The translations under genes and the position numbers were made by a program. The notes under the pieces were generated by a model, which saw nothing but the letters and a program-made list of their open reading frames with translations, was not told where the DNA came from and did no database searches. A stretch of 64,000 nucleotides of DNA from Ruditapes philippinarum (taxonomy: Eukaryota): NCBI RefSeq assembly GCF_026571515.1, contig NW_026862663.1, positions 496,001 through 560,000 on the forward strand. The letters run 5' to 3'. Of this stretch, positions 41,333 through 54,559 are shown one piece after another; the first letter of the stretch is position 1; every line of letters starts with the position of its first letter.

Positions 41333-42569
41333 TTAAAATAATGGATAGAGGGACAGCAAAGGTCTTGCTCCACCAGAAAAAATGGGATATTCTTGATTGA
41401 TTATATACTTAACCTTTTCAATTCTGGATTTTATTTTTCATGCAACTTACATTTAAGTTAAATGTACACAATTATAAACATGAACAGTTTGGATAAGGTT
41501 TTATTTGATTACAAAATATGTGGCTAAGAAACAATTTGTTTATAAAACTTTCTTGCTGATTAAATCAATTCAAACTTAAGATTTGGCCAATAGGAAAATA
41601 CACTAAATGGCTTTGCCTAATGTTGTCATTAATATTAATAATTAGATCATTATATCATGATAACTTGTAGGTTTGGCTTTGAGGAATATTTTGATATATT
41701 AAATATAAAACATCATATTTACTGTAGAAAATAATTTTAAAACCAGACTGTGTATGAAACTTTTCCTTTAGTCTGTTAATATTTGTGTTTAAAGATCAAC
41801 CATTTAAAATGGTAAAGTTTAAATCTATGAGTTTTAGTGGCCTACCTTCTAGCATGGAGTCAGGCCATACTTCACTAAAGCCCCTTCAGTCAAAGCAGGG
41901 TAGGTCTTTGTAACAAAATGAGCATGGTTAGAATTAATATTGGTTCCAAAGACAAACAGTTCTGGTTTAACTGGACATACATTAATTTTTTTTATACAAA
42001 CAAACATTTGAGAGGGATTATGCCAGGTAATCTTTGAGAAACTTTGATATGATAGTTATTTTTGTATTAAGCAGTAAGCCCACCACTAGTTATAGGAGGG
42101 TAATATTTTAGTGTAAGTGGGTTTGATGAAGCTGAAGTCTGGTAGGTTAATGGCCATTTAGTATAAGAGATTAAGGGTAAAGTCCTCCAGAACACTTATA
42201 ATAACAACTAGTACAAAGTTATGAAAATATTAAGTGTTTTAACCACTGTATAACAAACATTCAGATGGCAAATGTTCAGAATGATGGTAAATGTATATCA
42301 ATAGGCAGTATTCAAGTAACTTCTTAGCAAAACTTTTGTGGATATTTATTTTGAAAATAGAAATGTGCAAAAGTTATTTTCATCTGCGAATTGTAAAAAA
42401 ACCTTTAAATTTAAACCTTTGTATATACATCATTATCTACAGCACTTTATAAACATCTGTGTGAAAATCTTAGATTATAATCTGAGCTTAGAATTTACTG
42501 CAAATACTGAATTTGTGGAAATAGATTGTTGTATTACAAATACAATACATGGTATATTGGACATAAATA

Positions 42570-43473
42570 TTTGTATTGTACTGAATTTTGGAAATAAATC
42601 ATTGTAATGCACTGATCATTGTATTGCACAGAATCTAGAAAATAAATCATTGAATTGCACTGATCATTGTATTGCACATAATTTAGGAAATAAATCATTG
42701 TATTGCACTGATCATTGTATTGCACAGAATTTAGGAAATAAATCATTGTATTGCACTGATCATTGTATTGCACAAAATCTAGGAAATAAATCATTGTATT
42801 GTACTGATCATTGTATTGCACAGAATCTAGGAAATAAATCATTGTATTGTACTGATCATTGTATTGCACAGAATCTAGGAAATAAATCATTGTATTGCAC
42901 TGATCATTGTATTGCACAGAATCTAGGAAATAAATCATTGTATTGTACTGATCATTGTATTGCACAGAATCTGGAAAATACAATCACTGTATTGCACAGA
43001 TCACTGTATAATGTATTGCACAGAATATAGGAAATGAAATCATTGTATTGCACAGAATCTGGAAAATAGAATCATTGTATTGCACAGATCACTGTATTGC
43101 ACAGAATCTAGGAAATTAAATCATTGTATTGCACAGAATTTGGAAAATACAATCATCATATTGCATAGATCACTGTATTGCTCAGAATCTAGGAAATGAA
43201 AGCTTTACATTGCACAGAATCTGGGAAATACAACCATTGTATTGCATTGATTACTGTATTGTACAGAATCTAGGAAATAAATCATGGTATTACACTGATC
43301 ATTGTATTGCACAGAATCTGGAAAATGCAATCATTGTATTGCTCAGATCACTGTGTTGCACAGAATCTAGGAAATGAAGTCATTGCATTGCACAGACTCT
43401 GGGAAATACAACCATTGTATTGCACTGAATATTGTATTGCACAGAATCTAGGAAACAAAACATTGGACTGCAC
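42570..43473. repeat. Minisatellite, 48-bp unit grading into alternating 49/32-bp units
   Basis: GAATCTAGGAAATAAATCATTGTATTGCACTGATCATTGTATTGCACA about 8 times, then diverged long/short alternation. Confidence 0.97.
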
Positions 43474-45524
43474 TAAATCCATTGACTTTATTGGTGTGCT
43501 TAAATAATGAAATCAGGAGTGTTTTGCATCCAAGAGCATGGCCCCAGGTTTTTTTTAACATGCAATTCAGGTTTTTAACAAAATACAGCATGTTGTAAAT
43601 GTGTTGTTTGGCACTTGTATTCTATTTAAAAAAATAAGTACAAGGTGTAGGCCTATATCAAGGTGAAATGTAAGGAAGTTTATATGTTATTAAAAGCACA
43701 AAAAATTTTGCACCTTTTGTGATGTCAGTAAATGAAGTAAATAAATGTTAATGTATGTGCACTTTTCTGGCTCACAAAGATCATTTCATGGATGAATTGT
43801 GTAATACCGATTAGTTCCATCACTAGGTATAAGTATTGGGAATGCTCTTTGCAACACCAGATTCTTAAACCTCTTAAATTAAAGGGGCAAAATTCCTGGG
43901 AAGAGAGCTGCTCAATTCACATATAAGTCTGTTGCTGTTAGGTAACAAAGTTGTCACAAAATGGAACAGGTTGTCACAGGTTTTCATCAGAAAATTTATT
44001 TTAACCAAGTAGCCAAGATATCAGGTTGTGAGTCCTGCATCTCAAAGTTTTTGGCTTCCTTACCACAGAATTTGTTGCTATTACTTTATATGTTTATTGC
44101 TGTGTAGATATCATATAATAATCAGAAAATGATGTACCTTATGATTCTTGAAATTTCAAATCGACAATTCAAATATTTTATGGAGAAAAAAATGTACATA
44201 TATCACTAGAGTACCTAGCACTTTTGTTAAGTGTATCTCCTTCACTTTGACTTTCCTGAAGTACTGCTCTAAAATACTCATTTGGATATTTTGAATATTG
44301 ATGGCCAAAATGTTTTCTATTGTTGCCCATGTTTTTTTTATATGAACAGTAGTTGTTTTGTTATTTTTGTAAACAGAATAATTTATTTGGTTCATCAAAC
44401 AAGGATTTAATTTATAAGTAGAAATTTGCTTTGCAATTTTTTCTCCTTAATAAACAGCAAATGTGCTAAGGTCAGCCCAGAGGTTCAAGCCATTGTTCAA
44501 GCAATTATGTTAGAGTTAAATGGCACCACAGAATGTCATTGAAAATAATACAAGGTGTTCATATAATGTTTCGCCACTGATGGTTTAGATGCTTCCACAT
44601 TTCTCATCTCCTGAGAACAGTGTTCCCTTATTGTTCTTCCCTTATTTTGCTGTGTTTCCTGAGAGAAATCTATTTATATACATGTACATTGTACCAGGTA
44701 TTTAGTTATACACTGTAACCAAAACCTGTGGTCCCAGGTTACATCAAACTGCAAGCCATTGCCTCTGTTGCCCATTTAAATATGCACTCAGAGCTATGTA
44801 AAAATAGTAATGATTTCATTACTAAAACATAACTATGATGAAACCAGTGCCTTTATAGTATAAGCAAAACAAAAAATAAGCATGGAATTACAAAATCAAA
44901 TGTATACTCTATTGTTCTTATGTGCAATTAAATTTAAATGAAAAAATAGGAACAATTAAATATTTACTATCAGGTTTAAATTATATACTGTATTCCTAGA
45001 AATTTTTTTGCGCTTTTTAAATAAGCTAATTTTGCGATGGGCACATTTCAGGAACTGTTTATAACTGCGAAAAAAGTTTGATCTAACAAATCCCAAACAT
45101 TTGTAGCTTCAACTAATAATATTATCATTATGATGCACTATGATGTACACTGCATAACTTTCACCATTATTTGAATGATAAACATTTCAAGGTAAAATTT
45201 TCTTTTGAAAAATGGTATTGCTGTTTGAAATAAACCATTACTCCATTAATTACAGATTAAATAAAAGATTTATACATGTTACTTACAGTTTGCAATTACT
45301 TTAAATGAATGTAATTTTACTTGTTGAAAAGGAAGGTGTTAAGGTGTTATAGTTTGTTGAAAGTACAGTAAGCAAATAAGTTTATTGTAATGGTGAAAAA
45401 TGTATCATATTTGATGTGTACTGAAAGATTTTGTCAATATCATATGCAGTTACCTCTTTAATTGTCTTACAATGTAGAAAATAATGCAAAAATGTTATTG
45501 TGACACTAGTAATTATATTCTTAA

Positions 45525-46141
45525 AGCTATGTTCTCACCGCCGATCAGATCAACTCTATTGTCCCAATCACATAAATTCCCCGATGAAGCCTGACCAAGC
45601 CCGACCAAGCTGGATTAAATGCAAATTCACGACTCCTACACGACCTCAAGTTGACCATGTTTACGACTACTTCTTGACGACAACCTGACCAACATCCCGA
45701 CTTCTTCTTGATCACCCAGACCTATACGCGAGTCATACACGATCTCAACTAGACTAACTGGCCCTCTGCTCGATCATTGCCAGATTTCCACACGACCAGA
45801 TCGGATAAATGAGTAGAAGTAGAGATGATTGTGTACACATCGGGTAAGAGATGTATACCCGATGTATACCTGACCAAACTAGATCGTTACACGCTTTATT
45901 CTCGATCAACTAGATCTTCTACTCGATCACTATACGATCGCTTCTCGATGTCTTATCTACTCGATCGCTACTCAAATTTTTTTCACATGTCAAAAAAATT
46001 TGGGTAGGAAGCCCGAGCCATGCCGACCAAGGTAGACAGCTCCGACCACCCCTGATCACGCAGGCAGACCTAGCTAGACCGGTACCCGATCGCTTGATCT
46101 TGCTTGATCGAGTTGATCTGATGGGCGGTGAGAATACAGCA
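45525..46141. mobile_element. PIF/Harbinger-like MITE (617 bp)
   Basis: 31-bp TIRs GCTATGTTCTCACCGCCGATCAGATCAACTC / GAGTTGATCTGATGGGCGGTGAGAATACAGC (3 mismatches); TAA on both sides; CpG-rich interior full of CGATC/CGACC motifs. Confidence 0.83.
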
Positions 46142-46158
46142 TAACCAAACTACTAAAT

Positions 46159-47945
46159 ATTTATACCCCCACCACAAAATGGGGGGGGGGGCTATAATGG
46201 ATGCGCTGATCGCGTCCGTTGGTCGCGTCCGTTGGTCGGTCCCTTCGTCTGTCTCCATTATCGTGTCCACTCTATAACTCCTATACCAATTGAAGGATTT
46301 TCTTCAAACTTGGCTCAAATGTTCACCTCAACAAGGGGATGTGCAGAACCCATGTTGCCCATGTGCCAGCTCAAAGTCAAGGTCACAATTGAAGGTCAAA
46401 TATCAAACAATGAAATATGAGACAGTATGTCATGTCCACTCTGTATGTCCTACACTAATTAAAATATTTTCTTCAAACTTGGCTCAAATGTTCAACTCAA
46501 CAAGGGGATGTGCAGAACCCAGGTTGCCCATGTGTCAGCTCAAGGTCAAGGTCACAATTGAAGGTCAAATATCAAACAATCAAATATTAGACAGTATGTC
46601 GTGTCCGCTCTGTAATTCTACACTAATTAAAAGATTTTCTTCAAACTTGGCTCATATGTTCACCTCAACAAGGGGATGTGCAGTACCCATGTTGCCCATG
46701 TGTCAGCTCAAGGTCATGGTCACAATTGAATGTCAAATATCAAATAATCAAATATTAGACAGTATGTTGTGTCTACTCTTTAAGTCCTACACTAATTGAA
46801 AGATTTTCTTCAATCTTGGCTTTAATGTTCACCTCAACAAGGTAATATGCACCCATGTTGCCCTTTTGCCGGCTTAGGGTCAAGGTCACACTTGTTGAAG
46901 GTCAAAAATTGACTTAAAAAATATTCTTAAATTTTAACATGTATTGAATATTATTGAAACTAGAAAAGGTATTTGCTTGAAACTTAGAATATATATGAAG
47001 TGTCACAATCAAGATACGCAGGTCAAGTTTCATAACTCTGTATTGCATTTTGACAAAGTTTTGCCCCTTTTTAAGTCTTTAAAGTTACATACAATCAAAT
47101 ATTAGACAATATGTCATGTCCACTCTATAAATTCTATACTAATGGAAGAATTTTCTTCAAACTTGACTCAAATGTTCACCCCAACTGGGCAATGTGCAGA
47201 ACCCATCTTAATTACCCTTGTGCCAGCTTAAGGTCAAGGCCACACTTGAAGGTCAAAAATTGACTTTGAAAATGTTCTGAAATGTTAACATGTACCTGAA
47301 TATTTCTAAAACTAGAACAATTAATCATTTGAAACTTCAAATATATAGGAAGTGTCGCAAGTAAGATATGCAGGTCAAAAAGTGGGGGGGGGGGGGATAA
47401 CTTTGTATTGTATTTTGACAAAGTAAAGTCCATTTCTTAAACCATAACAGATATTTACTTGAAACATAAAATTTATATGAATGTTTACAAGCAAGCTCAG
47501 ATGACGAAAATTCTATAATTCCATTGAATTATGACACAAGTTATGCCCCTTTTAGGCTAAGAAAATGTTCTGATATAACCATTAATACTTAAATGTTTCT
47601 GAAACTAGAACAGATATTCACTTGAAACTATATATGAAGGGTCACAAGTAAGCTCAGTATACTCTTAATTACATTTTGACATAATTATGCTATTTTCTTA
47701 ACTTCACTGCTTTTGTTTGTTTTAGTACATTGGGAAAATGAAAGGTTATTTGTAACTGTTTCAAACATGATTTGACAATATATATTTATACTATTACCTG
47801 TACAATTTGTCTTTTTTGCACCAGAGAATCTTTTTATGTATATATATTTGTACTACTAAAGTTATTCCCTTAACCACCTTTCCAAGTTGTCTTCTGTCAA
47901 GGACATTGGTGGGGGTATGAATCACATTCAGCGATAGTTCTAGTT
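46159..47945 (+). mobile_element. Intact HINE/Helentron-type element with ~168-bp tandem array
   Basis: Perfect 12-bp subTIRs ATACCCCCACCA / TGGTGGGGGTAT; 5' C-run/G-run hairpin; CGTC-type microsatellite; units spaced ~168-170 bp; 3' hairpin TGAAT-CAC-ATTCA then CTAGTT. Confidence 0.88.
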
Positions 47946-49416
47946 CATTATGATTGTGCAAAAGTTTTTTTCCTCGAAAAAAAAAGACATCCTTGTGAAA
48001 AACCCTTGTGAAATCGCCAAATATTGTATGTGATATTTTCTAGGAATACACTATATTGAAGTAATACAGGAAAAAGTTTTTTTGGTTTCAAGTTGCTTTA
48101 CCTGGCTTGTGAGTATTTTCCCACATGATTGTCATTAATTACAGTGTTGTCATTTATTTTTTCTACACCTTGCTATTACAGCCTTGCTTTCACAGAATTA
48201 ACAAAAGTGCATACAAAATACAAGAGCATAACTTTTTAATTGTATTAAATTTACCTTGATTTTATAATCAGAATGGTCTGTATATTTTAATTTTACTGCA
48301 TGTCAATTATATTTGCCAATATTTGTTTAATCAGTAGGAAGTGAAATGTGTTTGAGTTGTGTACTAATATCTGCATGATACCTGCATGTCAGAATTCTCA
48401 CACATGGTTTCAATCATGTGTAAAACCTGCTGCAGTAATGAACATGCTGTTGCATGTATTATTTTTTATATTTCGGCATTGACAAGCAATTCTCATGAAC
48501 AGATACTTTGATGTATACAATCTGAATACAATCAGTTTGAAGGCCTGACATATCAGTAAAATGCTTTTCTTAACTCTCTATCTGGTTCTAACTTCTCATT
48601 TAATTTCCTTAAAGTAGACAATCCCGAGAATTATTTCGATTTTATCTTCGAATTTGCAGGGATTTATCTTACTTAGACTTTTTTACTTATAAATCATTTA
48701 TTTTTTTTAATAATAAATATGTTTCACCATCATTATAACCACTAGTATATTGGTTGGTCAAATCAGAGGAGAGATTTGGATAGAAGGTATATAAATATAA
48801 TATTTTAAGGTGTTTTGCTACGATATATCTTTGGCAGTGTGCTATCTGAGATAATTAAGCTCTTCAATAGTTGTGGGAAGGTGTTTTACTTTCTCCCTCT
48901 ATATAATTCTGTTATCGTTTGACACTTATTGCATATATATGCGAGAAGCTGGTTCTGTTTAAATATAAAATGGTGAATTACTATTGTTTTAATGTGTCAG
49001 GCAATTGTTAAATGACTGATTCATATTTACTCAAATATATTGCTAAGGACAATAAAAAAAATAATATCAATTTATAAAATTTGATTACTGTTTGTTGTAA
49101 ATCAGTCAAAGTGTGTTAACTTGATGAATATTTTGTTTTCAGGATTTTGATATCAATTTCTTACTGTTACAAAGTGAAATTGATATGTGAGAAATTAATG
49201 CTGGATTTTAATTGAATGATTTTTGGTGTAAATAAAGAGCTTTATAGACTTTATAGCTTTATGACTCACATTGAAATGATGAAGTGAAATAGTGTTGATT
49301 TATATTTTGAATAAAGACTTTGTGTCAAGTTGCAGTGATTGTGTTGCTATTTTTTTCTATGATTTACAGTTGGTTGTTGTTGAACAGATTGACTATTGTT
49401 GATTGTGAATTTACAG

Positions 49417-49556
49417 AGGAATTCTGGAGATGCACGAGAACAGTTGCAGATAATTTGAAAACAAGAACGGTGTAAATAAGCAGGGGAATTATCAGGAATT
49501 GGGACTTATATTGTGTAGGAATAACACAGTTTTCACCATTTCTATACAGAATGAAG
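49417..49556 (+). other. Candidate 5' exon ending in ATG AAG (Met-Lys) at a splice donor
   Basis: AGAATGAAG|GTAAAC donor after 49556 followed by a very T-rich intron-like tract; possible acceptor tttacAG at 49416, or a longer first exon. Confidence 0.4.
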
Positions 49557-50507
49557 GTAAACTGTTTAATTCTTTTTTTAATTAATACACTAGTTTATCC
49601 TTTAATTATTTTCATTATTTGAAGTATTAATTTAATTGCAAAATTGATTTTATTTTTTTTATATTTTTTTTTATCTTTTACTTGATATTTACTTTGATCT
49701 GTTTCAAAAAGATCAACACTTTGTTGTTATTTGTTGCAGAATTCTATTTTGAATTTCTCTTTAATGATAAAAAAAACTTGATTTGATGGTTATTGTATAC
49801 ATTATAAAAAAAAGTATTGTTAAAAAATTATGTAAAACATTATTAACTTGATAATCACTTAATAAGCATGAGTTGGATGTCAATACTATAGAGGTCATAT
49901 AGAATAACAAGTGGGCAATGTTGAACTCCTGTCACACTGACTCTTATTTTAAGCAACCATTATTTTTAATGTTAAATGATTTTTCTTAGATTTTGATGTT
50001 TTGGTACCACTTTAATGAACCTCAACCCTTTGTGAGGATTCTTGTTATTGGATAAAGGTCAAGGTCACAGAGGCTAAAATTAGATTTTCTTTCTTTTCTT
50101 CATAGTAAAGTCATATTTTAAGCTTTGTTAATGCAGCATTTTACAGTAATACTGTTGGGGAATTATTAAATTACAATGAAATATTAACAAAGTTAAACTA
50201 AGACATGGGTCTGCATACCTTAGAAAGATTGTTTTAGAAAGAGATTCAATCAGAATATAAAGCCATCATTTAACTTGTTTTAATGTGTTTTATTCATGGC
50301 AGCTTATTTACAAGATTAAGATTTTATTTCATGCAATATTTTATTTTATCACATATACCTTGGCACGGATATTTAATAAAGCCATTAAATGATAATACAA
50401 AAGTTTGATGACTATGCAGATGAGGCAACTGATCGCTTTATTTACATATTCATATGCACTGTCAACACAATGAAGCAAACATGTAGGACCCATCTCGTCT
50501 GTGATAG

Positions 50508-50734
50508 TACTTTCCCCTCACCGCTGTCAGTTCGAATCCCGACAGGGTCTTTGGATTCTTACATGTGAGGAAGCTTAGTATATCCAGCTAGCTTATGGAA
50601 TGACTTCTACTCAGATGCCCGCACATGCTAGTAATAATGAAATAAACGTCACCTGAGGTCTTCCTCCACCAGTAAAGTATATGACCTATATTGTTTTGGT
50701 GTGATGTGAAACCCAATCAAACAAACAAACAAAT
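50508..50734 (+). mobile_element. 5'-truncated tRNA-derived SINE (Meta-domain type)
   Basis: B box GTTCGAATCCC; core TGTGAGGAAGC..TCCAGCTAGCTTA..GGTCTTCCTCCACCA (recalled as the bivalve MetaSINE core); tail ATATGACCTATA..(CAAA)n; 8-bp TSD TGTGATAG (50500-07, 50735-42). Confidence 0.85.
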
Positions 50735-50863
50735 TGTGATAGACCTTAAATACTGTTCAAATCTTTGGAATCTTTATCAAATAATAGATAAAAGATTAAC
50801 TTCATTGTGAAATAGAAAATTAATTTTATTGGTGAAATTCCAAGCCCTTCTTAAAGTTTTTGT

Positions 50864-51262
50864 TCCTCCAGTCGAATCCATTGTTATTGTTGTAATGGCC
50901 TCCAGTTGAATATATTGATGTTATAATGTCCTCCAGTTGAAGCCATTGATGTTGTTGTAATGTCCTCCAATGGAATCCATTGATGTTGTTGCAATGGACT
51001 CCAGTTGAATATATTTATATTATAATGTCCTCCAGTTGAAGCCATTGATGTTGTTGCAATGTCCTCCAATGGAATCCATTGTTATTGTTGTAATGGACTC
51101 CAGTTGAATATATTTATATTATAATGTCCTCCAGTTGAAGCCATTGATGTTGTTGTAATGTCCTCCAATCGAATCCATTGATGTCATTGCAATGTCCTCA
51201 AATGGGATCCATTGATATTGTTGTAATGTCCTCCAATGGAATCCATTGATGTTGTTGTTATT
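50864..51262. repeat. Minisatellite with 99-bp higher-order unit (34+31+34 bp)
   Basis: GTCCTCCAATGGAATCCATTG recurs at 50962 and 51061; three related subunits per period. Confidence 0.92.
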
Positions 51263-51712
51263 CCCATTCAATCAAATCATACATACATATTTAAACAAGA
51301 AAACATACAATATCATCAAAAGCAACATCTATTGACAGCTCAGCTAAGTGGACACCCTACATGTACATTTTGTGACATCACAAAAGGTCACAATTTTACA
51401 TATTCATCATAACATACATTTCAAGTTGATTTTTGTCATTAATGATTAACATGTTAAATATATAGCATTGAGTAAATGAATGAAATAAATAGACAAGTAA
51501 AAATGAATGTAACAAAATACAACAAGTTTTACTTTTACTTTTGATTGCATAACTAGCTGACATTCAATCAGCATTAAAGGTGTCAAGTGTGACTACAAAT
51601 TATTAGTAGCAAATCTTAAAGGCATATTCTGTTTATGTGATAAAAAATCTCTCATTTGTGACTTTCTATATTGAATTCACTAAAGTGATAAAATTCTTGA
51701 CTTTGCCTTGTT

Positions 51713-52716
51713 AGACGCCGCGTGCACATGGCATCTAGTAGATATGCATTTGCCTATTCAGCAATGGGGAAAATTTTAGACTTGTTTTTGTGTAATTTTT
51801 TGTTTGTTTTAACAACATCACACTGTCTTCAAATTTTCTAATAAAAATAGCTTTTCTGATGTACAACATGTCACAGTGCTTTAAGGAATTAAAATAAATG
51901 TTTAACTGAAGTGATAGTGCCATGTTTGAATATTGTATTCTTTTAATCAATATCTAAGTTTATTTACCTAATAAATAACATGCCAATGAGCCAGTAAATA
52001 GTTGACAGTTCTAAATGTTAACAGTTGAGAGAGGTATCGACTGAGGCAGTGTCACTTATTTCATTTGCGCCGCCTCTGATGAAGTATGGCTCCGCCTTAA
52101 ATTGACGCAAAATTTAATATGATTCTCTGCATGCTAGCATTAATTTTAGTCTTCGTTGACGGAGGGAAGGGAACCAAGACAACTCAATATCACTTCCCTA
52201 CAACATTAGGATACAAGTTACAAAGCCTAAACCATGCCACTATCAAAGAGGCGGTTCTCTCTCAACCCTTAGTTTTCAGAGTCTAATGACGGGAACCAAA
52301 TTCGGGCAGGGAACAAGCAAACTCCTCACAGTGATTACCTCCCTTGGCAAAGTGGGTCCTCAAAATCATTCGAACATTATGCAATTCGCACCAATATTTA
52401 AGTGGACATATTCTCAGCGCAACAAAGATATTTTTCTATACCTCCGTCTTTGTCTTGAATTAATTTTAAGTATATCAGTCATTTAAATTTACTTGTTATC
52501 CAATTTATTTTGCTTCCACCAGACCTTTCAATCTTTGTCGCAACAGACAAACATTTCAGAATTTCAGCCATGGCATTTCTTTCTGAATTTATGCATTAGG
52601 CGCTACTTTTTCACAAAAATATGCAACTTAATTATTAAACAATGAGCACATACCAAACAAAACGGAGAAAAAATTGATTAGTGATAAGTGACTGTTCACA
52701 TCATTTGGCAGCGTCT
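51713..52716. mobile_element. Possible degenerate ~1-kb DNA transposon
   Basis: CpG-richer island bounded by a short inverted repeat AGACGCCGC / GCAGCGTCT; no clear TSD. Confidence 0.35.
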
Positions 52717-53055
52717 TTGATGTGCAGCATCAACATTTAACTTGTTTGTATTAGTATAATCTAATGATCTCTAGTTGTATGTGTTAAAATTAACAATGCC
52801 GGGGCAAAGTTATTGTTACCTTGAGCAAAAAAAATTCTACTCATTGCTCAGTATTGCTTGGTTGTAAGCTTCCAACACAAATTGAATTAAAATTAATTCA
52901 ATCTATATAAACCAACTTGTTAAATAGATTTCATATGTGAAAACCTCTATATATATATCAAAACTTGATTCTGAGTATAAATTGAAAATTTATGTAATAG
53001 TTGTAGCTACCTTTGTATACTACTGTATGACAATGATATATAGAAAATAATAATT

Positions 53056-53290
53056 AGGTTTTGTCTGGTGTTTACATCGACTTTAACACAAATATGTTCC
53101 GATCATATCATGGCAGTTGGTCCATCTAACTGGCTTTTCTTGATAACTAACCAGTAATTACAAATTTTCCAGTAAGTTGTTATTTCTGAATCTACTGCAG
53201 ACAAATGATCAGAAAATTGTCATGAACAAATTTTCACTTTTTCTGAGGATGGAACCTGAGTGTCCCTTTGATTATAATCTGATTCTCCCC
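53056..53290 (-). mobile_element. Degenerate tRNA-SINE (V-domain/RUDI-like), reverse strand
   Basis: Ordered remnants TTGT.TGGTGTTTA, TCATATCATGGCAGT, TAACCAGTA, AATGA.C.GAAAA..TCATGA.CAAAT and GAGGATGGAACC (eroded B box), recalled from mollusc V-SINEs. Confidence 0.5.
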
Positions 53291-54559
53291 CTATTCTTCA
53301 CTTATTAAGAAAATGATGCGAATTCTGTCAATAACTTTTCTCATCTTACTTCTATTTTGTAACATACTTTTCTCTTTACGCAATTTATCATCTTATTGTA
53401 TTTTAGGAGTTTCAGATATACAGTGTTTACTTTCTTGTATAAAATTTGTATGATAAAGACAAATCTTATGAAAGGAAATATTACATTTGGTGATAATGAT
53501 AAGTGCTTTTAATTAAGTATATCTCTATTTTATGCACCAAAGCTGTGATGTTTAGAGATTAAATAAGTATAAGATCATTTCTGGCAATATTAACTTTAAG
53601 TTAACAACTGCCACAAGCCAATCAGATTGCAGGAAATAAATTGCATAGCAATAAACTTAATCAATTGCTATCAGTCGATGTATTAAGTATAATAACCATT
53701 TTCTGTAATGTATAAATTGTATCTTTTTAATTTACGCCACGAAAATCTAATAAATAGAAGCAATTACCTATATCCTTATTGCTGTACATTGCAACCCACT
53801 AAAACATTCTTTAAAGAAATATTTTGGCACCATTGGTAATTGTTCAGCCTAAAATTACGCATATTATGGTTTTAAATCGGCACCTCAAGCAATCTGTTTC
53901 TATATAATATATCGTCTGTAGTATAGTTCTTTAATGTATTTCTTGAATCTTTGCTTTGTTTCTTTGTATATTTTGTTATAGGTAATAATGTTATATTAGT
54001 GACAGTATTTTCATCTCAGAGCATTCACTATTTACATAGTACCTTTGACCACATTTTTGCAGAACTTCTATTGGTCTAATTATGTTACTTGTTTGTAATA
54101 GATGGCACACCTAATCACACATTAAGTGGAAAATTAGTGCCAATAACTGATTTAATCAACATGACTAAGGTCAAAGAAAATACACAGAATTGTAGTATAG
54201 AGGTAGATATATGTCCTACGGGTAAATCTTACTTGAAAGCATAATTGCTGTTGGAACTAGTTGTATGTTCCTTTGATGAATAGCAAACTGTTGTTTTGTC
54301 AAAGCTAATGACTTGAAATGAAGCATGTAAAGCTTTAAGATTTGATGGCTTTCTTTGACTTGTGTGGTTGATTAGGTTTTTCTGAAAAATTTAGTTTCCA
54401 AAATACCTGCAAAGGCTATGACTGTCACCTTTTGTTTAAGAATCATGAACTTGAAAATAAATACTTCAAGATTTTGAACGCAGATTAAAGAAATAAGGTT
54501 TATTTAAACTTTAAAAGCTCCTTTTGTTTAATCACAGTGATGAAACTTAGTTTGTGCTA

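Larger units (their letters stand above)
44988..48051. mobile_element. Tc1/mariner-type non-autonomous element hosting two nested insertions
   Basis: TA|CTGTATTCCTAGAAA ... TTTCTAGGAATACAC|TA (14/15 TIR match, TA TSD). Confidence 0.68.

Noticed and set aside
42534-43507. Repetitive ORFs on both strands (CTDHCIAQNLGNKSLY)n
   Set aside because: A 48-bp unit is divisible by 3, so open frames are expected by arithmetic; no coding context.
46232-46799. 169-aa ORF with repeated LKVKVTIEGQ
   Set aside because: Translation of the 168-bp HINE tandem unit; not a transposase.
50525-50545. tRNA gene
   Set aside because: The B box belongs to a truncated SINE; no cloverleaf or A box.
52076-52110. CTGATGA hammerhead core (also at ~21905)
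   Set aside because: No stem II followed by GAAA and no closing stems could be built.
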